This document shows positions 1-13,947 of a stretch of 64,000 nt of DNA, piece after piece. Position 1 is the first letter of the stretch, and every line of letters starts with the position of its first letter. Made by a program: the position numbers and the translations under genes. Location of the stretch: positions 1,054,001 through 1,118,000 of the forward strand of contig OZ287078.1 in assembly GCA_965645245.1 (NCBI GenBank), in the 5' to 3' direction. This DNA is from Massalongia carnosa. Lineage: Eukaryota. The notes beneath the pieces were generated by a model, which was not told the DNA's origin, made no database searches, and saw only the letters and a program-made list of their open reading frames with translations.

Positions 1-275
1 GAACCAGAACCGCTCCCGGCGCAGCGTATGGAGGCTGGAGACCAGGTTTTTGGACCGGAGTTTTGGGCGGTGGCGCGGCGGGCTATATGGCTGGTAGTCG
101 AACACAAACTCGTCAGCAAGAAAATACAGCCGTTTGGGGGAACAACGGAGAAGGGAGCTCCCGGTCGGGGAGCGGGAGGACGAGGTCGTCTGGATCCTCG
201 GGAACGTCATCGGCTCCAACTTTCTCGTCAACAAGGCACGAGAGTTCAGGTTTCGGGTCGACAAGCCGGAGGTGA
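1..275 (+). CDS. 3' end of SARAF/TMEM66-like (DUF1183) protein, partial
   Basis: Frame 3 reads GGWRPGFWTGVLGGGAAGY...STRHESSGFGSTSRR*, matching the typical SARAF-family C-terminus; the 5' part lies outside the window. Confidence 0.75.
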   Translation, partial: TRTAPGAAYGGWRPGFWTGVLGGGAAGYMAGSRTQTRQQENTAVWGNNGEGSSRSGSGRTRSSGSSGTSSAPTFSSTRHESSGFGSTSRR

Positions 276-864
276 AGAGGAGCTATCAGGGTCCTTGTAA
301 GAGAGGATTCCTTGTATCGTATATGTATATTTTGGTAAGGCTCTCCACACCTAAGTCTTAGGTGTTGCCTATGGCGCTCGATAATATACTTACTTTTTAT
401 CCTCATCTCCTCTCCGTCTCTCCTTTCCCTGTTTTTACCAGCTGCACCGAATAGAACCTGCTACCGTTTGTTCCCCCATTACGCCAACCCTCTTGTCTCA
501 AATTCCCCCTTCGGTTCTTCCGCTCCTTTAAAGCCCCATAACTTTACCTTCTGGAGGGAAAAACCCCCCGCCGGTTTAGGTAGGGACGAAGGAGGAGGAT
601 TTATAGGGGAAGGGGGGAATAAATACCTACACATATAGATAGCGGATTTGAAAGCGGATTAGATTTGGATAGGCTCTTTAAACTAGGTAGCTAGCTTGAA
701 AACGTGCAGAATGAGCCGCTGAAGTGGGTTTGGGAGATTGATTGGTTTCTGGCTCTTAAGAGTGTGGAGTTTGGCCCGAAAGGCAGCTATAATACCACTC
801 TACCCGAATATTGTTGCGGAAGCTCATCCGTCGCTAGAAAGGAGACTTGAGGCGGCAGAAGGTA

Positions 865-3000
865 TTACGCCACCACGCCTTCCTGACGCGTAGACTCATC
901 ACCCAGCACCTCTTCCTGCACGCTATTCCTCGTTCCCTTCCTGCTACGCCCTGCCTTCTTCCCCTTCTCCTTGACTTTCTTTCCCTTGGTGCCTTTGGTG
1001 GCCGAACCATCCTGGTTCTCCTTAGCGAAGGAATCATCGCCGACGGCCGCGCCCTCGGCCGCGGCCCCGGCCTCCCGCTGCCGAATTAATTCATCCATGG
1101 CTTCTTTCTCCGCCGCCTGCTCGCGTTCCATACGCATTCGATCCTCCTCCAGCTCGCGCTCCAACGCACGCGGATCGGCGAACACAGTGCCCGAGAGGCG
1201 GGAATACTCGTCCAGATCAACGGGGATGCGTTCGCCCATGAGGATGCGCTTAATGCCCTCCCGATTGAGTTTCTCCTCGCGGCCGAACTTAAGCTTTACC
1301 GAGTGTCGCGTGCGCCCGGGCAGCATCTTGCTGATTATCTCGAAATCGGTGCCGAACATGCGCAGGCCGTCATAGAAGAGCTCTGTGGACTCTTCGTTCC
1401 AACCGCCGCTCTTGTCGCGCTTGCCCCACGTGCTCTGCGTCACGCGCCGCGATAGTTCGCTCTCGTCCACACCCTCGAGCTGTTCGGCAGCGCGCTCTAC
1501 AGCAGCGTTAGCGTGCCGGTCGAGCTGCAGGGTTGTCTCGTCGATTTGGATCTGTCCGTCTACAATGATGGTGTTGGGTACTGCTGGTCCCCCATCCTCG
1601 CCGCCATCCTTCTCCCGCGCAAGCCTTTCCAGCCTCTGATCAGCCGATTCGGTGGCTTGACTGGGGGTTTCTTCTATTCCCATCAGTTCTTGTAGCTGTT
1701 TCTGATTCTTCCGCGTCTGTTCCTCTTCGGCAAGTCTCGCCAGTTCCTTTTCACGCGCAGACTTTTTTCCTGTAGAGATATCTTTGCAAAGTTCCGACAT
1801 CTTGACCTTTGAAGGTATAATTCTTACCTCTTCAGCACCTTCGGGGGTAGGTGCCCGCCGAGTCCTCCGCCGTATAGCTTTCTTTTTATCCGATGTTCCT
1901 TGAACCGCGTCGGCAACCACTTCGGCCGCCGCATTCTCGACTTCCAAGTTTCCTTGTGTCCCACTAGCTTTCTTCCGTGGCATTGTCGGGTTTAAGGCTC
2001 GATTGCCTTTCCCAGCACGAATGGAAGAGCCCTGAGGTGCGCTTACAGCGACATTAGAAGCTATCATCTCCACACGCGATTTTTTTTTGGCTTTAGCTAT
2101 TATCCTACGTTTGCTTGACTTGGCTGTTAGCCGTGCTGTGGCAGGCTGCGTCGCAGAAGGCTGTGTTTCAATATGGCTGCGTATCACGTTTACTTCCCCC
2201 CCTGTTTCTGTAAATGGAACTACTATGTCGCCATCAGGCGATATGCTTGGTCTAGGTTGAGTCGTTTGCTGCTGTACTTTACGTCTCTTTGGAGAAGGCT
2301 GTGAGTTGTCGCTGCCATCTGGCCTCGTAGTTAACGAGGACCTCTCAGGTTGGCTTGGTGAGGATGCCGATATAAGGACATCTAGGGTAGGGTAAGGATG
2401 ATGAGAAGCCGACAGCGTATTCGACAGCAAATCTTGGTTTCCGGTAACCTTGGAATCAGGCTGCACTCTGGCTTCTCCATCGCCCAAACTTTGTGACCGT
2501 TCTTGCGGTTTGGATACAGAATTTGCTTCGAGGATTCTTTTTCGTGGGTTAGTTTGTAGGGGCGATTGTACCTCAGACGCTACCGCTTGTGAAATCGGCT
2601 CGGTAGGATTTGAGGGAACTGATGTACTTGTAGGAGTATCCTGGTGCACTTCTGAGGCCGGTGCCGTAAGAGATGATTTCTGAGATGAAAGTAGGGCAGA
2701 TTGTGAGGCCGGTAGGGTAGGGAAGATTGGAACATGACGTTGCGCATTTTGTAATTGCTGATGCGATTCAGCTTGTGGAGGTACAGCTATTTGAGGTTGA
2801 GGTTGTGGAGTCTGTGAAAGATTCTGCCTGTCGACGCTGGCTCTAGATGTGTTCTGGGTTGAAGTAGGACGTGTGGCCCTTCGAACAGGAGCTTTGAGTG
2901 CAAACTTCTTGCCGGATTTGTCTAGTTGATATTAGGATGCTATCTCTTATGTCTCAATGAGCTCCTACCTACTAATCACCGAACTTCCCAACGCCGACAT
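865..3000 (-). CDS. BDP1: TFIIIB B'' subunit (Bdp1), SANT/Myb domain
   Basis: Motif WNEESTELFYDGLRMFGTDFEIISKMLPGRTRHSVKLKF. Short exon 3000-2973 and GT-AG intron 2972-2922 give N-terminus MSALGSSVINKSGKKFALKAPVRR. Confidence 0.88.
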
Positions 3001-3303
3001 GATGCCTCCCGTTGTGAGCGCACAACTCAAGACTTTATCAAGTCGCGGCACTCTTCAGGCATGTCGAACCGAGGTTCGGCCGCTTCTATAACGCTAGTCG
3101 CTATAAAGATTAGCAACACTCTTAGCGTGAGGTCGAATCTTTCACCCAGTTCTCCTAAGCTTGCCTTCAAAGATACCATTTGTCTCTTGACACCACCTGT
3201 CAACATGCCAACATACAGTGATCGTCGTCATTAGGACTATTCTCCGCATGTCTCATGTAGTCCTTTGGCGTTATTCATCATCATCCGAAGCATTGTGGCC
3301 CTA

Positions 3304-5751
3304 ATGACCCTCATCAAAGATCGTCCTATTTCTCTTTCTTCATCTGGCCTTGTAAAGATGGAGGAGAGGAAGAGGCCGGCCCCTCACGATCATGAGGAAT
3401 CGGCCCCACCACCGAAAAAGCAGGCAACAGCTGTCAACGGTACTGGAAAGACCCACATTGATGCGGAGATGCCCTGGAAGGATGACCTAGAGGTAAGTGT
3501 TGTGAACAGAGGTCCCTCTTACTCATAGACTTAAAGTTCTAGATAACTTCACAGGGACATTGGACTTATGCTGACAACTATGGTCTCTACAGCGCTTTCA
3601 GAAAGATGCAATATGGCGACAGATGCAAGAGTTTAAAAGAGAAAGGAATACATTGGAGGCCCGAGTCAATGATCTGACAAAGCGCGCAACCTACCATGAC
3701 GATCACCTTCGAGTCATTGATGCTTGGTTCAGCCAGGTTCGTGAACCGATTTCATTGCATGATGTCTTAAATCGCATCTTACTTATTTTTTTTATGCGCA
3801 GCTACTTGACGAAGTAAATATTTTATCAAACGATGTGGAAATGCAAGCTTCTTATTTGGCATTTCCTTCCGCCCTGTTGACAACAGATAATATCACTTTT
3901 GAAGAGCATCTTAAATCCAGATCGGCAGAAATATCCTCCGCAATTTCCCGGCTCTTTAGCCGATCCTCAGCCTCTTCGCCCGAAATTTCGGATCTTCAGG
4001 GTCGTATTGCTCAGTTGCTCGCGAATGAGAAGGCTCATATTACTGAGCTTGAAAAAGACCGATTGGAAAAACAGCAACTGCTGGAGAGATTGGAGCAAGC
4101 GTCTTTCCGTTATATAGTTGCTGAAAAGAAGCTAGATCGTTCAAAAAGTGTAGCTGTTGCAAGGCTTGAAAGACATGCGATCGCTGGTGGCCGTAGTGAG
4201 GCTGGGATTGGGGTGGGAGGTGCTATGGACCTGTCCGGAGATGGGCAGAGCGATTCGGGCAAAACCAAGGCTGAGAAGAGTGAGGACTACCTTGAAGCTG
4301 AACAAGCTCGGAAGGAAGCCGTTGCTGCCTTAGCGAAACAAAAACAGCAGCTCGAAGCCCTGGAGGCGGAAAACAACAAACTCACAGCTCAAGTGACAGC
4401 CTTGAGCGGTAGGCTATCGACTCTGTCAGATGATGACTATAGCCGGACCGATCTTTTCAAACAGCTAAAGTCACAGTATGAGGACGTCATTAAACGTATA
4501 AACCATCTAGAAGCAACGAATGTTCAGCTACGGGAAGAAGCAGAGAAATTACAAAAAGAGAGGACTGTATATCAGTTGCAAATCGAATCTGAGTCGCAAG
4601 CAAATATTGCGGAGAAGGAATCACTGCTTGTTCAAGCCGAAAATGACCTGGCTAGAATACGTGCGGGGCGAGATGAGCTCCTTGCAGATGTTGCTATGCG
4701 TAGAGCAGCGCAGAGCCAGGAAAGAACTTCTATTGAGCAGGTACGGGAGCTCGCCAGCGTACGAGAAGAACGAATTAAAGCTCTAGAATCTGAGGTAGAG
4801 CGATTATGCACGCGGACGGGCGAACCAACTTACAATGTGAGCCCCGAGTCAAATTTGGGTGATCTGTCAACGGACGAACTTCATACGAAATATGCAAATT
4901 TGGAGCGACAGTACTCGATGCTGAAAAGTGAGCTACAATCGATGGGCGATGCATATAAGAAATCATCGGCACTAGCGTCGCAAAAAGTGGAAAGTTTCTC
5001 GGTGCTTGAGGAGAAGGTTGTTCGGCTAGGAGCCGAAAAGTCCAGAGCTGACCAGAAGTACTTCGCTGCGATGAAAGCTAAGGAAGCCAAAGAGCAGCAG
5101 TTGCGGCTGCTTCACGCTTCGAGTTTCAAGAGTTCAGAAATGATATCATCGCTCAAGGACGCGGAAGCCGCGACTCGTGCTTTAATTATCAACCTCGAAA
5201 AGGAAGTTGCTGAGTTGAAAACCTCGCATGCCAGTATAAGCAGCCAGCAACGTACAGCGCAGCAACAACTTGTGGAGCAAAAGATTCTTGCAGAAGGCTT
5301 AAAGACCCAGGCTGAAGAACTTAAGAAAACTCTCGTCTCCAAGGACAGTTCAGCAAGCGAAGTATCGAGTGCGTATAGGAAGGCTGAAATTGAGATCGAA
5401 ACGCTCAAGGTCCGGCTAGAAGAGACGTCGAAGAGCTTGGAGACGTGGAAAAGTAGAAGTTTGGGCAACCAGACCGACGAGACCGAAATGTTACGGGTGA
5501 GTTTGTCTTTTGTTTCATATCATCCATTTTGCAAGCTAGCCGCAGACATTTGCTAATTCCTTGGGGGTTTGCAACAGACATTCGCCATTTGCACTGTGTG
5601 CAGGGTCAACTTTAAAAACACGGCCATCAAGACCTGCGGGCATGTCTTCTGCAAGGAATGCGTCGAGGAGCGCCGAACCTCGCGTTCGCGCAAATGCCCC
5701 AATTGCAACAAGTCATTTGGCGCCAACGACCACATGCATGTTACGCTCTGA
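3304..5751 (+). CDS. BRE1: E3 ubiquitin ligase Bre1 (histone H2B)
   Basis: N-terminal MEERKRP...PPPKKQ, FQKDAIWRQMQE, long coiled coil with EKSRADQKYFAAMK, and C-terminal RING CTVC...KTCGHVFCKEC...RKCPNC; about 3 introns. Confidence 0.93.
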
Positions 5752-6659
5752 GCTAGGGATTACTATTCTCTCCTTTCATTCTTTGCACTGTCTCCCTCCG
5801 CTTTCCACTTGGCGCTTTGACGCTCTGGTGGCTTTTTCCTGTTCTGGTGTGAGCCGCTGCTCGTGTGGCTGAGCTGGGCTATTTTTTGTGGTGTGAAGGA
5901 GTGGGTTGGGTAGAAGCATAGAAGTACTGGCTGTGGATCTTCGAACCAGATGTTCTACTTCCAATCGATCAATTTACAGCCAGCTAGCCCGCAAGCCATC
6001 CATGTTTGTACTTTTACGCTTCAGCCCTTGATGCTCCGGGCAGAGAAGTCCCGCTTGTCTGGATCACTCTCATTCGTTTTTCGAAAATCTTGTACAATAG
6101 GTACAATAAATATTTTTGTAACTTCCTAACTGGCCAAACATTATGTTGTACATACCCTCTTTCCCCCACCTTTTTTTCTTAAAAAGGAAAAAAAAAATCC
6201 AGTTCAGATAGAGAGTGGGGTGGATAATGCAATGAATTCCTTATTCCTATGGCTGGCTTGTCTTATCGTAAATTTTCAATCTCTTGATCTTGCCTTCTAC
6301 CCTCTCTCATAAATACGAACTGTAGAATATGAGTTGTGGATGTAGGGTGGGGATTGATGGGTTGGCTTGGAGAGGTGGCGAGATGGGTAGCAGAGTTTGA
6401 TAGGTGGGTATGGAAGAAAGGATATGTGCGAAAGAGAGGGAGAGGGAGTGAGAAAGGCGGAGGGGAAATAAATGACGTTAAATGTTCAAGAAGTGAGTGA
6501 GTATTTAGCTCTTTATTACTTCATTTCGAGCGGCTGTTTGTTCAGATTCAACCCACATGGCATAACCCAGGTATACCCTCTGCTAGATGAACCTACGCCT
6601 AGCACCTTCATAACGGAACCTCGGTCCAAATATTAACGCCTTGCTTGATTCAACCCCGC

Positions 6660-7845
6660 TTAAACCGTCCCAGCAATGCTCAACTCCCGAATCTCCCCCA
6701 AAACCTGCTCGACGCGACTGTCCAAAAACCCCTGTGCGTACTGCTCCCGCGTGTCTGCGTCGAGGAACTGCTGCACCTGCGCCATGCGACTATACGCCTC
6801 GGCGCAAAATCGCAGCTGGATCTTAACTAAGGCCTCAAAGCTAGGGTCGAGGTAAGGCACCCGCAGGTCGATGAGCTGCGGCAACTCGGTGCACAGCTGG
6901 TCGTTGAGCGATTCGTAGGCGGTACGCGCAAGCTCGGATTCTCGCTCCGCGCGAGGGAGACGGGTAGGGTCCTTGTCGGGTTTTTCGACGAGTTTTTTGA
7001 CGCGGGCGCGGGTGGCGTCGTAGTCGAGGAGTTTGTGGTTGCGTTTTTTAATGCCTTTTTAGGCGAGGTAAGTGATTTAGGGGGGTAAGAGGAGAGGAGC
7101 GGGGGAAAGTCGTACATTCGTTTATGTCGGGGAAGTAGGCGCAGAAGCGGGTGATGGGGTCGAGAACGGTTTGTCTGTGAGGATGACTTTTTCAGTCCTG
7201 GATCCTCGAAATAAGAAGCGGTTTGGAGGAACTTACCTGAAAGGACCATCTAGCGCCTTGATGGTCTCGGCATCTAGATCCTCGACCGCTTGTTTGTAGC
7301 TCCTGCTCACCCCGTCGTTGGCGCCTGCGTCGCCGTAAAATGCATCGATCGTTTCTGCAATTCGCATTTGTGAGGCCGTCATCGCTAGGCAAACCCATTA
7401 GCTCTCCAATGCAAATGATCCTTGGCTCAACAAATAGGTGACGCCTGGGGCCTACCTCGCAACGAATCCAGATATCCCTTTGCTTCCTTTTGTAGCCTGT
7501 TCGCTGCAGATTCCATGGTTCGGTAGCGTCTGTACGAAATAGTATCTCGGTCAGCCATGAACATCCATAGGTATACGTCAATGCTATTCTTTATTAACAA
7601 TGACTATGTACCTTTCTTCCACCTCATAATCCCGATCATTCGTTTTCTCCACATGCCCTACGGCGAGGATGTTAGAGGTCCCTATCGGTACTATTGTAGT
7701 TCTTTCTGAATTGTGGGGTAATACCCGCTTTCATCATAACCTGCGTAGTCGCCCGGTTAATGTTTTTCTTTAGGCCTGTGATGAAATGTATAAGCCAATT
7801 GACTCTATGTCTGCGGCCCAGGGAAAGCTTACCCGCCCACGACAT
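6660..7845 (-). CDS. RVS161: BAR-domain amphiphysin Rvs161/Hob3
   Basis: MSWAG/LKKNINRATTQVMMK N-terminus and PQLIDLRVPYLDPSFEALVKIQLRFCAEAYSRMAQ C-terminus; multiple introns. Confidence 0.92.
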
Positions 7846-8496
7846 AATTGCGTTTGCAATGCGTTCAAAGGTTGGGATGAGTATGTGATGTGAGTTCTCA
7901 CTGCAGAAGGACGCAGGAGTACTGGGTGCAAAGGTGATTTTATGATAAATATTTCTCAGCTCAACGCCAGAAGCTACAAGGCGATGTTGGTCTCCGGAAA
8001 CTAGACGGCCCGAGTGGGCCGCTATTTTCTCACCAATCATACAACTATGTCGTTGAAAAGGACAAAAGTCATGCAGGTTACATACTAAACGGTTTCTATA
8101 AACAAAGAAGGTACGATTATAGGGAGTTAATATTCTTGATTGAACAGCTTCCTATGCGAAACACCCAAATTTATGGAAGGAAACAAGCATGGAGCAAGCT
8201 AGAGAACACAAAGGTAGTGCAATAGCGGAAACCCCCCTCATCAAATCCACGCTTCCCACCAATGTATTAAACATCCTCTCCTCTACCCAGAACGCCTTCT
8301 TCCATTATCGTCAGATGCAGTCGGATTGGATGCTGGAACGATCGACGGGGTATGCAGCGCAAACGAACAGCGAATAATCAAAACACAAAGTCATCCAGCC
8401 ATAATGCGTTAAAAGGGAAAAGGCAAAATTTCTCGTGATCTGGAAAGACTTGGTTTGGACGATCGAGCAAGCACATCCAGCAAGCGGACAATGGAG

Positions 8497-10091
8497 TCAG
8501 TATCCCTCCCGGCCGGCTTTACAAACATTTATTTCGCGACCCCATTCCGACTTGAGTACCTGAGAAGCCGTAATACGGCGAGTGGGATTAGGGTCGAGTA
8601 TTGAGTAAATGACATTGCGGCAGCGAGCCTTGGATGCTGTTAGGCTAAGACTAAAACTCAAAGGCAGCATGAACTTACTCTGTGCAAAGTCTCGATAGGC
8701 TGGTAGCCATCCTCGTCTCTCCTACCCTCAAGGTATCGCTCAAAGAATTCATCTTCGTCCTTCTTGGCTACCCGCCATAAATGTCTGCCAGTCCTCATGG
8801 CCATATAGATCACACCGGTAGCCCAGACATCGACTGCCCTGGGATCGAACTCCTTATCAATGTACTCTTCCGGAGCGATGTATGGAGCAGAGCCGCATAG
8901 TCCGGCTGTCATATGGGCCTCCTTCTCCCAGGCCATCCGAAAGCACTCACCGTTACCGAAGTCGGTGATTTTCAGAGAACCGCGGGTAGTCAACAACAAG
9001 TTCTCCGGCTTGAGATCACGGTGAGCGACACCCATTTCATGTAAATACTCGACACCACACATGAGCTGCTTGAAGTAGCAATCCGCTTCCAAGACCTCAA
9101 GCTTTCCCGCAGCCAAGACTAGCGTGTAGAGATCGCCGCCTGGGCAAAACTCCATTACCTCGCAGTAGTCGCCCTTAGCATCTTTTAGGAGGTCGAGGGT
9201 GTGGATGACGTTGGGATGGCGAAGTGATGACGAGATGCAAAATTCCGACGTGAGGCGCTTCTGATATTTCTTCGGCGATTCTTGGGGTCTTCTGCGAAAC
9301 TCTTTGACCGCATAGAGCTGCTCGTTTTTCGAATCTTCTGGGTCGGGCTTGTGTGATATCCTGACAATACCAAAAGCTCCACGTCCCACAATTTCTTGAC
9401 ATTTGCCATATTTCTGGACAAGCGTAGCCGAAGCGTTGGGTCCGCCCTTTTTGTCAGATGCTAACTTGTCCCGCTCGCTTTTCAGCTGATCGACCCAGGT
9501 AGACATTAACGACAACTGCTGATCCTCGGGTTGGCTGTCGTGATCCTTTTTCTTTCCGCTGAGCATTTCACGCAACAAGTCGGATAACTTCTCTTGTCGT
9601 CTGGCACTCTTCAAGAAATGCTCATGGCTACCATCCGGAAGTACGTCGAACCTTCTTTGAGCCTGCTCTTGCTCTTTGGATTCTTTCTTTGTGGCCATTG
9701 CGCTGGGTCTTCGATCGGACTCAGCGGAGGGTTGATGCTTGTTGTCCACGTAGGAGGGCTGCTTGGATGGCGGTTTAGGGGGCCCCGATTTGGATCCTAC
9801 ACTGCTTTCTGTTTCCGATGCACTGCTACTCAGCCTCTCTCGTTGAGCTTTCGGCTCCTGGTTGACAGGCATTTTGTTTTGTGAAAACATCCGGGTAATT
9901 CGGTGCGTAAGCGTAGGTTTCTTGGAAGTCGAGAGAGTGCCCTGATGTACCGCTGCTGGTTTTTCCTCTGCTCTCGACGGAGCAAGATGTGCAGGCTTCG
10001 CATCCTGTGACTGGAGAGACGACGAAGATATTGAGGGAGAAGGTGTCGACGGCGCGGGATGCTTTGTGGGTACCTCGAGTTGTCCGTTCAT
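8497..10091 (-). CDS. SAT4: Ser/Thr kinase, Hal4/Sat4 (NPR/HAL) family
   Basis: GRGAFGIV, KRLTSEFCISSSLRHPNVI, HRDLKPEN, DFGNGECF, GSAPYIAPEE; final exon after an intron ends KAGREGY* at 8497. Confidence 0.9.
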
Positions 10092-12609
10092 CGTGTCTGA
10101 AATACTCGAGAGTCCTGAAGGTAAATAGAGTCAATGGACCAGTCCTGAGGGGCAGACCGCCCACCCTGCCACGCGCACTAGTCTCGAGCTCAAACAGTGG
10201 CAAAGCAGTATAATGGAGTTTCTGCTGAGTATGCGAAGAGGTCAAGAATTTATACAAAAGTATCTGGGTTTGATAATATTTGAAATAAGAGCAGTCGTGC
10301 CTAGCAGGTTCTCATAAGGCGGATTACCAAGACGGTGGCCGCGGGGAGTGTGGCTTGTAAGCTTGGCGACAGGACCTGCCACCCTGCCTTTAGGTGGAAG
10401 AAAATAGGTAAACGGGTTGCAGATGAGATAAACGGTCAGAGAGAACTGGATTTTGGCTGACCGACGTCGCGATGTATATTTCGCGTGATAGATCAATGAT
10501 GCACCGACTGCCTGGAAAGAAGAATCGTTCCGACGAAAAAGTCGAAGGTGATTTTATGTATGGGGAATGAATAGGATCAAGTGGGCAGATTACGGCGGGG
10601 GGCAAATGTTAAACTAACCCAGCGCTACTTGACCGCGCACGGCGGGGAAGTTTGGGCCAGGCGTGATCGAGGGACGGAAGAGACATGATGGGGAAGGGGA
10701 AAGGAGAAGGGAAGAAGAGAATGCGGTGATATTGGGATGAAAGCACGGGGTGTATAGGAAGTGCCCTTGGGTTTATTGTGATGATGAGAATGTGAAAGGT
10801 AAAGGGAAAAGCGTGTGGAAGATGATGGGGAAATCCACGGGGCAGAAGGGTTTGAAACGGCGGTATTGGGCATTCAAAGCAAGTATTTAAAGGTTTCTGG
10901 TTAGTTGAAGGAAAGAATACGGAGGACGGAGATCGAAGTACAGAATACAGAAGTGGCACGAGTGATTACTCGTTGTTACAGAACAACCTCATACGTGTTC
11001 GGCATATGTTCCAAACGTCCAACCTTCCCTTTGTTGCACATAGCACGTGCGCATTCTGGTGAAAAGGACGCCACAACAGATGCAATTTCGAGGGAAAGGG
11101 AATGGCGGATCGAGGGATCTGATTGGCAGACTGAATCGTCTCCCTTTCATCCGGGGACATTTTCCTCTGTGTACAGAATACGGAGTACAGAACACTCTGT
11201 ACTCGTACTTCGTACAGAGTACCTCTGCACCTACTCTAGTTCACAAGGTTGAAAGGCGGAAGGTTACGGATAGATAGGGACCCAATGGTTTTAGTTACCT
11301 TAGTGACCTTAGTGGCCTTTAGTGGGTTAGGTATCGTCGTTGTTTTGCTACTCGGTAGGTGCTTTCGCTGCAACTTGGTTACAGAGTACTTCCTTTTCCT
11401 CCCTTTCCCTCAACCTACTCAACGCTCATGGTTTAGAGCTATGCACACCTACGCTAATTGCTTAGTGTACCGGCGGGATCCATTCGATCGAAAATGCCTC
11501 ATACTGATTTCTCCTCTTCGGCCCATTTCGTTGAACTTGACCAACTGCATAAAGCATCAAGCAAGCAGGAAACCTAGGCTCCTTAGACCGCCATCGTTCA
11601 AGAAATGCTCTGACATCCTATACTCCTACACACAACCCCACACAAACACCCACAAACACCCCATAGTCCTGCCCCACGTGCTGGTTCTTACTGGATGCCT
11701 TTCCGTATCACCTCAGCTTTCCTCCACTGAAGCACATATGCAGCCCCCTTGACTGATAAACAACCTCACACGGCCACAGCTTGCTGGCCCCAACCCCGAT
11801 GGTGTTTGCACCTTCCATCTGCGCTGTAGCAATGGTGTGATCATGTAGCTATCCGTGATCCATCACTGGCGGTTTCCACATTTGCTCCCGCTTGTAACCC
11901 GGGTCTGGTGCTTTGGTCCCGTTACTTATCATGGCTATGGTTTTTGCTTCTAAGCATGTTGAAGCTCTCCTTTGTTTGGCTAGTCGGAACGTCACCCTAC
12001 CTGAAAGAAAAGGGGCTTTAACTTGTCCATTTGTACGGCCCCGTTACGATTTGTTGATAGCTCCTTGGCTCTTTTTGCTTGCGCTTCTGAGTGTATAACC
12101 AGGTCGTGCATCTATGCGGATCGAAAAAAGTGGGACATCAAGTCTATCAATCAATAGCTACGAGTCAGGAACTTAAGATGACGTTCTCGTTCTAAGACAA
12201 GCCCATCCAGTCTCTGAGTTTAATGGCCTCATTCCAAGACAAGACTAAAAGGTGATTAAGGAGATATAGTAGGGGTTTTCTCGGGAGAGGGGAAATGGCG
12301 ATTGGTTAGCTCCCGTATTGCAAATACCTGGGAGCACGTTCGCCTCGACGGTTATTCTTACTTGAACGTACAGAGCTGGTTGAACCTGACAATCAAATAC
12401 GATCATGCTATGGCTTTGACGACACACTTCAAACGGGCGCGTTTTCCTAGTGGCTGGAATATTTTATCTGTGTAACGCCTTTTTTCAAACTAAGCGAGCA
12501 CATCGAATCTCAGATGGTGTCAGCTCTCTGTCCCGATGCTTCCCCGTTAGGCGCCGCGCAGACTGCTTTAGCTTTGCATCCTTATCAGCAGCTTATTGCG
12601 ATTCATATA

Positions 12610-13947
12610 CAGTCCAGTGCCAAAAGTCTGCGGCCCAACCCGTAATTTTCGTGATTTCGCGTTTTCAACTCATCAACCCCCCATCTTCCACCTCATCATT
12701 TCACCATGCTTCGTGCTTCTTTGACCCCCATATGTGGTAATCGGCCTCGTAACACTGAATTGACGCCATATCAACGTGGTATGATTGTTGGGGCCCAGGC
12801 GTTGGGGCACACACCGACCGAGATTGGGAAGACTCTTAATTTCACTAAATCGACCGTGCAGAGCACCATTCAGAAGCACTCAATTCGCAACGACGGCGTG
12901 TCTAAATCACGTTCTGGACGGCCTGAAGTGCTGTCAGAACGCGATCGACGTTATATCATCAAGCATGCACGAATCAATCCACGAATCACTTATGCACAAA
13001 TCAAACTAGAAGTGGGGCTCGGCTGCAGTCGTACGACTATTTATCGGGCACTCAAACTGTATGGTTTAACCAACTGGGTGGCTAAAAAACGACCTTTATT
13101 GACGCCTGAGGTGGCCAAGAAACGATTGGATTGGTGCTTGCTGCGGCGTGAGTGGACTTTTGAGCAGTGGTCAAGAGTTATATGGTCAGATGAGTGCTCG
13201 GTGGAAAAGGGGTCAGGAAAACAGCGTCAGTGGGTGTTCAGATTGCCGAAAGAAAAATGGAATAAAGAGATGATACAACCTGTCCCCAAAGGCAAAGGAG
13301 TCAGTGTCATGGTCTGGGCAGCTTTTTGGGGAGATGACAGGTCAGATCTTTACAAATTGGCTCGTGATTTTGCTGCGAAGAAGATGGGGTACTCGGCGAA
13401 CTCATATATGGAATTATTGAACGATAATCTGCTTGGAATTTGGCAACCAGGCCTCATTTTCATGCAGGATAACGCACCTATACATAAGGCTAAAAAGGTG
13501 ATGGAATGGTTCAATGAGAACGGCATAAAGGTCATCGATTGGCCCCCCTATTCACCTGATTTAAATCCCATCGAGCACGTTTGGTATGTGCTCAAAAAGC
13601 TCGTCTATCAAGTCAACCCGAACATAGATTTGGTGATCGGCAGTGATGAAACTGTTCGTGAGGTACTTTGGAAAGCGTTAGAAGAAGCCTAGACGTTGAT
13701 AGATGTGAAAATGATGAGGAGGTTAATAGAGAGCATGAATAGGAGGATAAAAGCGTGTATAGCGTCGGAAGGATGGTATACTAAATATTAAAAATTAATT
13801 TTTGGGGGAATTCTTGTTTAGTATGTATGTAATCATTATGTAAAGTTTCAAGACATTTCAGCAATCGTGACGTGGTTGATTGTTGATTGAATAGAATGAT
13901 TGAAATGTTGGTGGGGTGCGGGGCCGCAGACTTTTGGCCTAGTACTG
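12610..13947 (+). mobile_element. Tc1/mariner DD34E DNA transposon, TA TSD
   Basis: 27-bp imperfect TIRs cagtccagtgccaaaagtctgcggccc / gggccgcagacttttggcctagtactg; TA at 12608-9 and 13948-9. Confidence 0.95.
12706..13791 (+). pseudogene. Tc1 transposase with one premature stop
   Basis: HTH region, WSDE, QDNAPIH-34aa-SPDLNPIE. TAG at 13690-92 (probably from TGG), after which the frame continues to ...EGWYTKY*. Confidence 0.9.

Noticed and set aside
10100..12600. Many short ORFs upstream of SAT4
   Set aside because: Low-complexity purine/pyrimidine tracts with no recognisable motifs; likely long 5' UTR/promoter.
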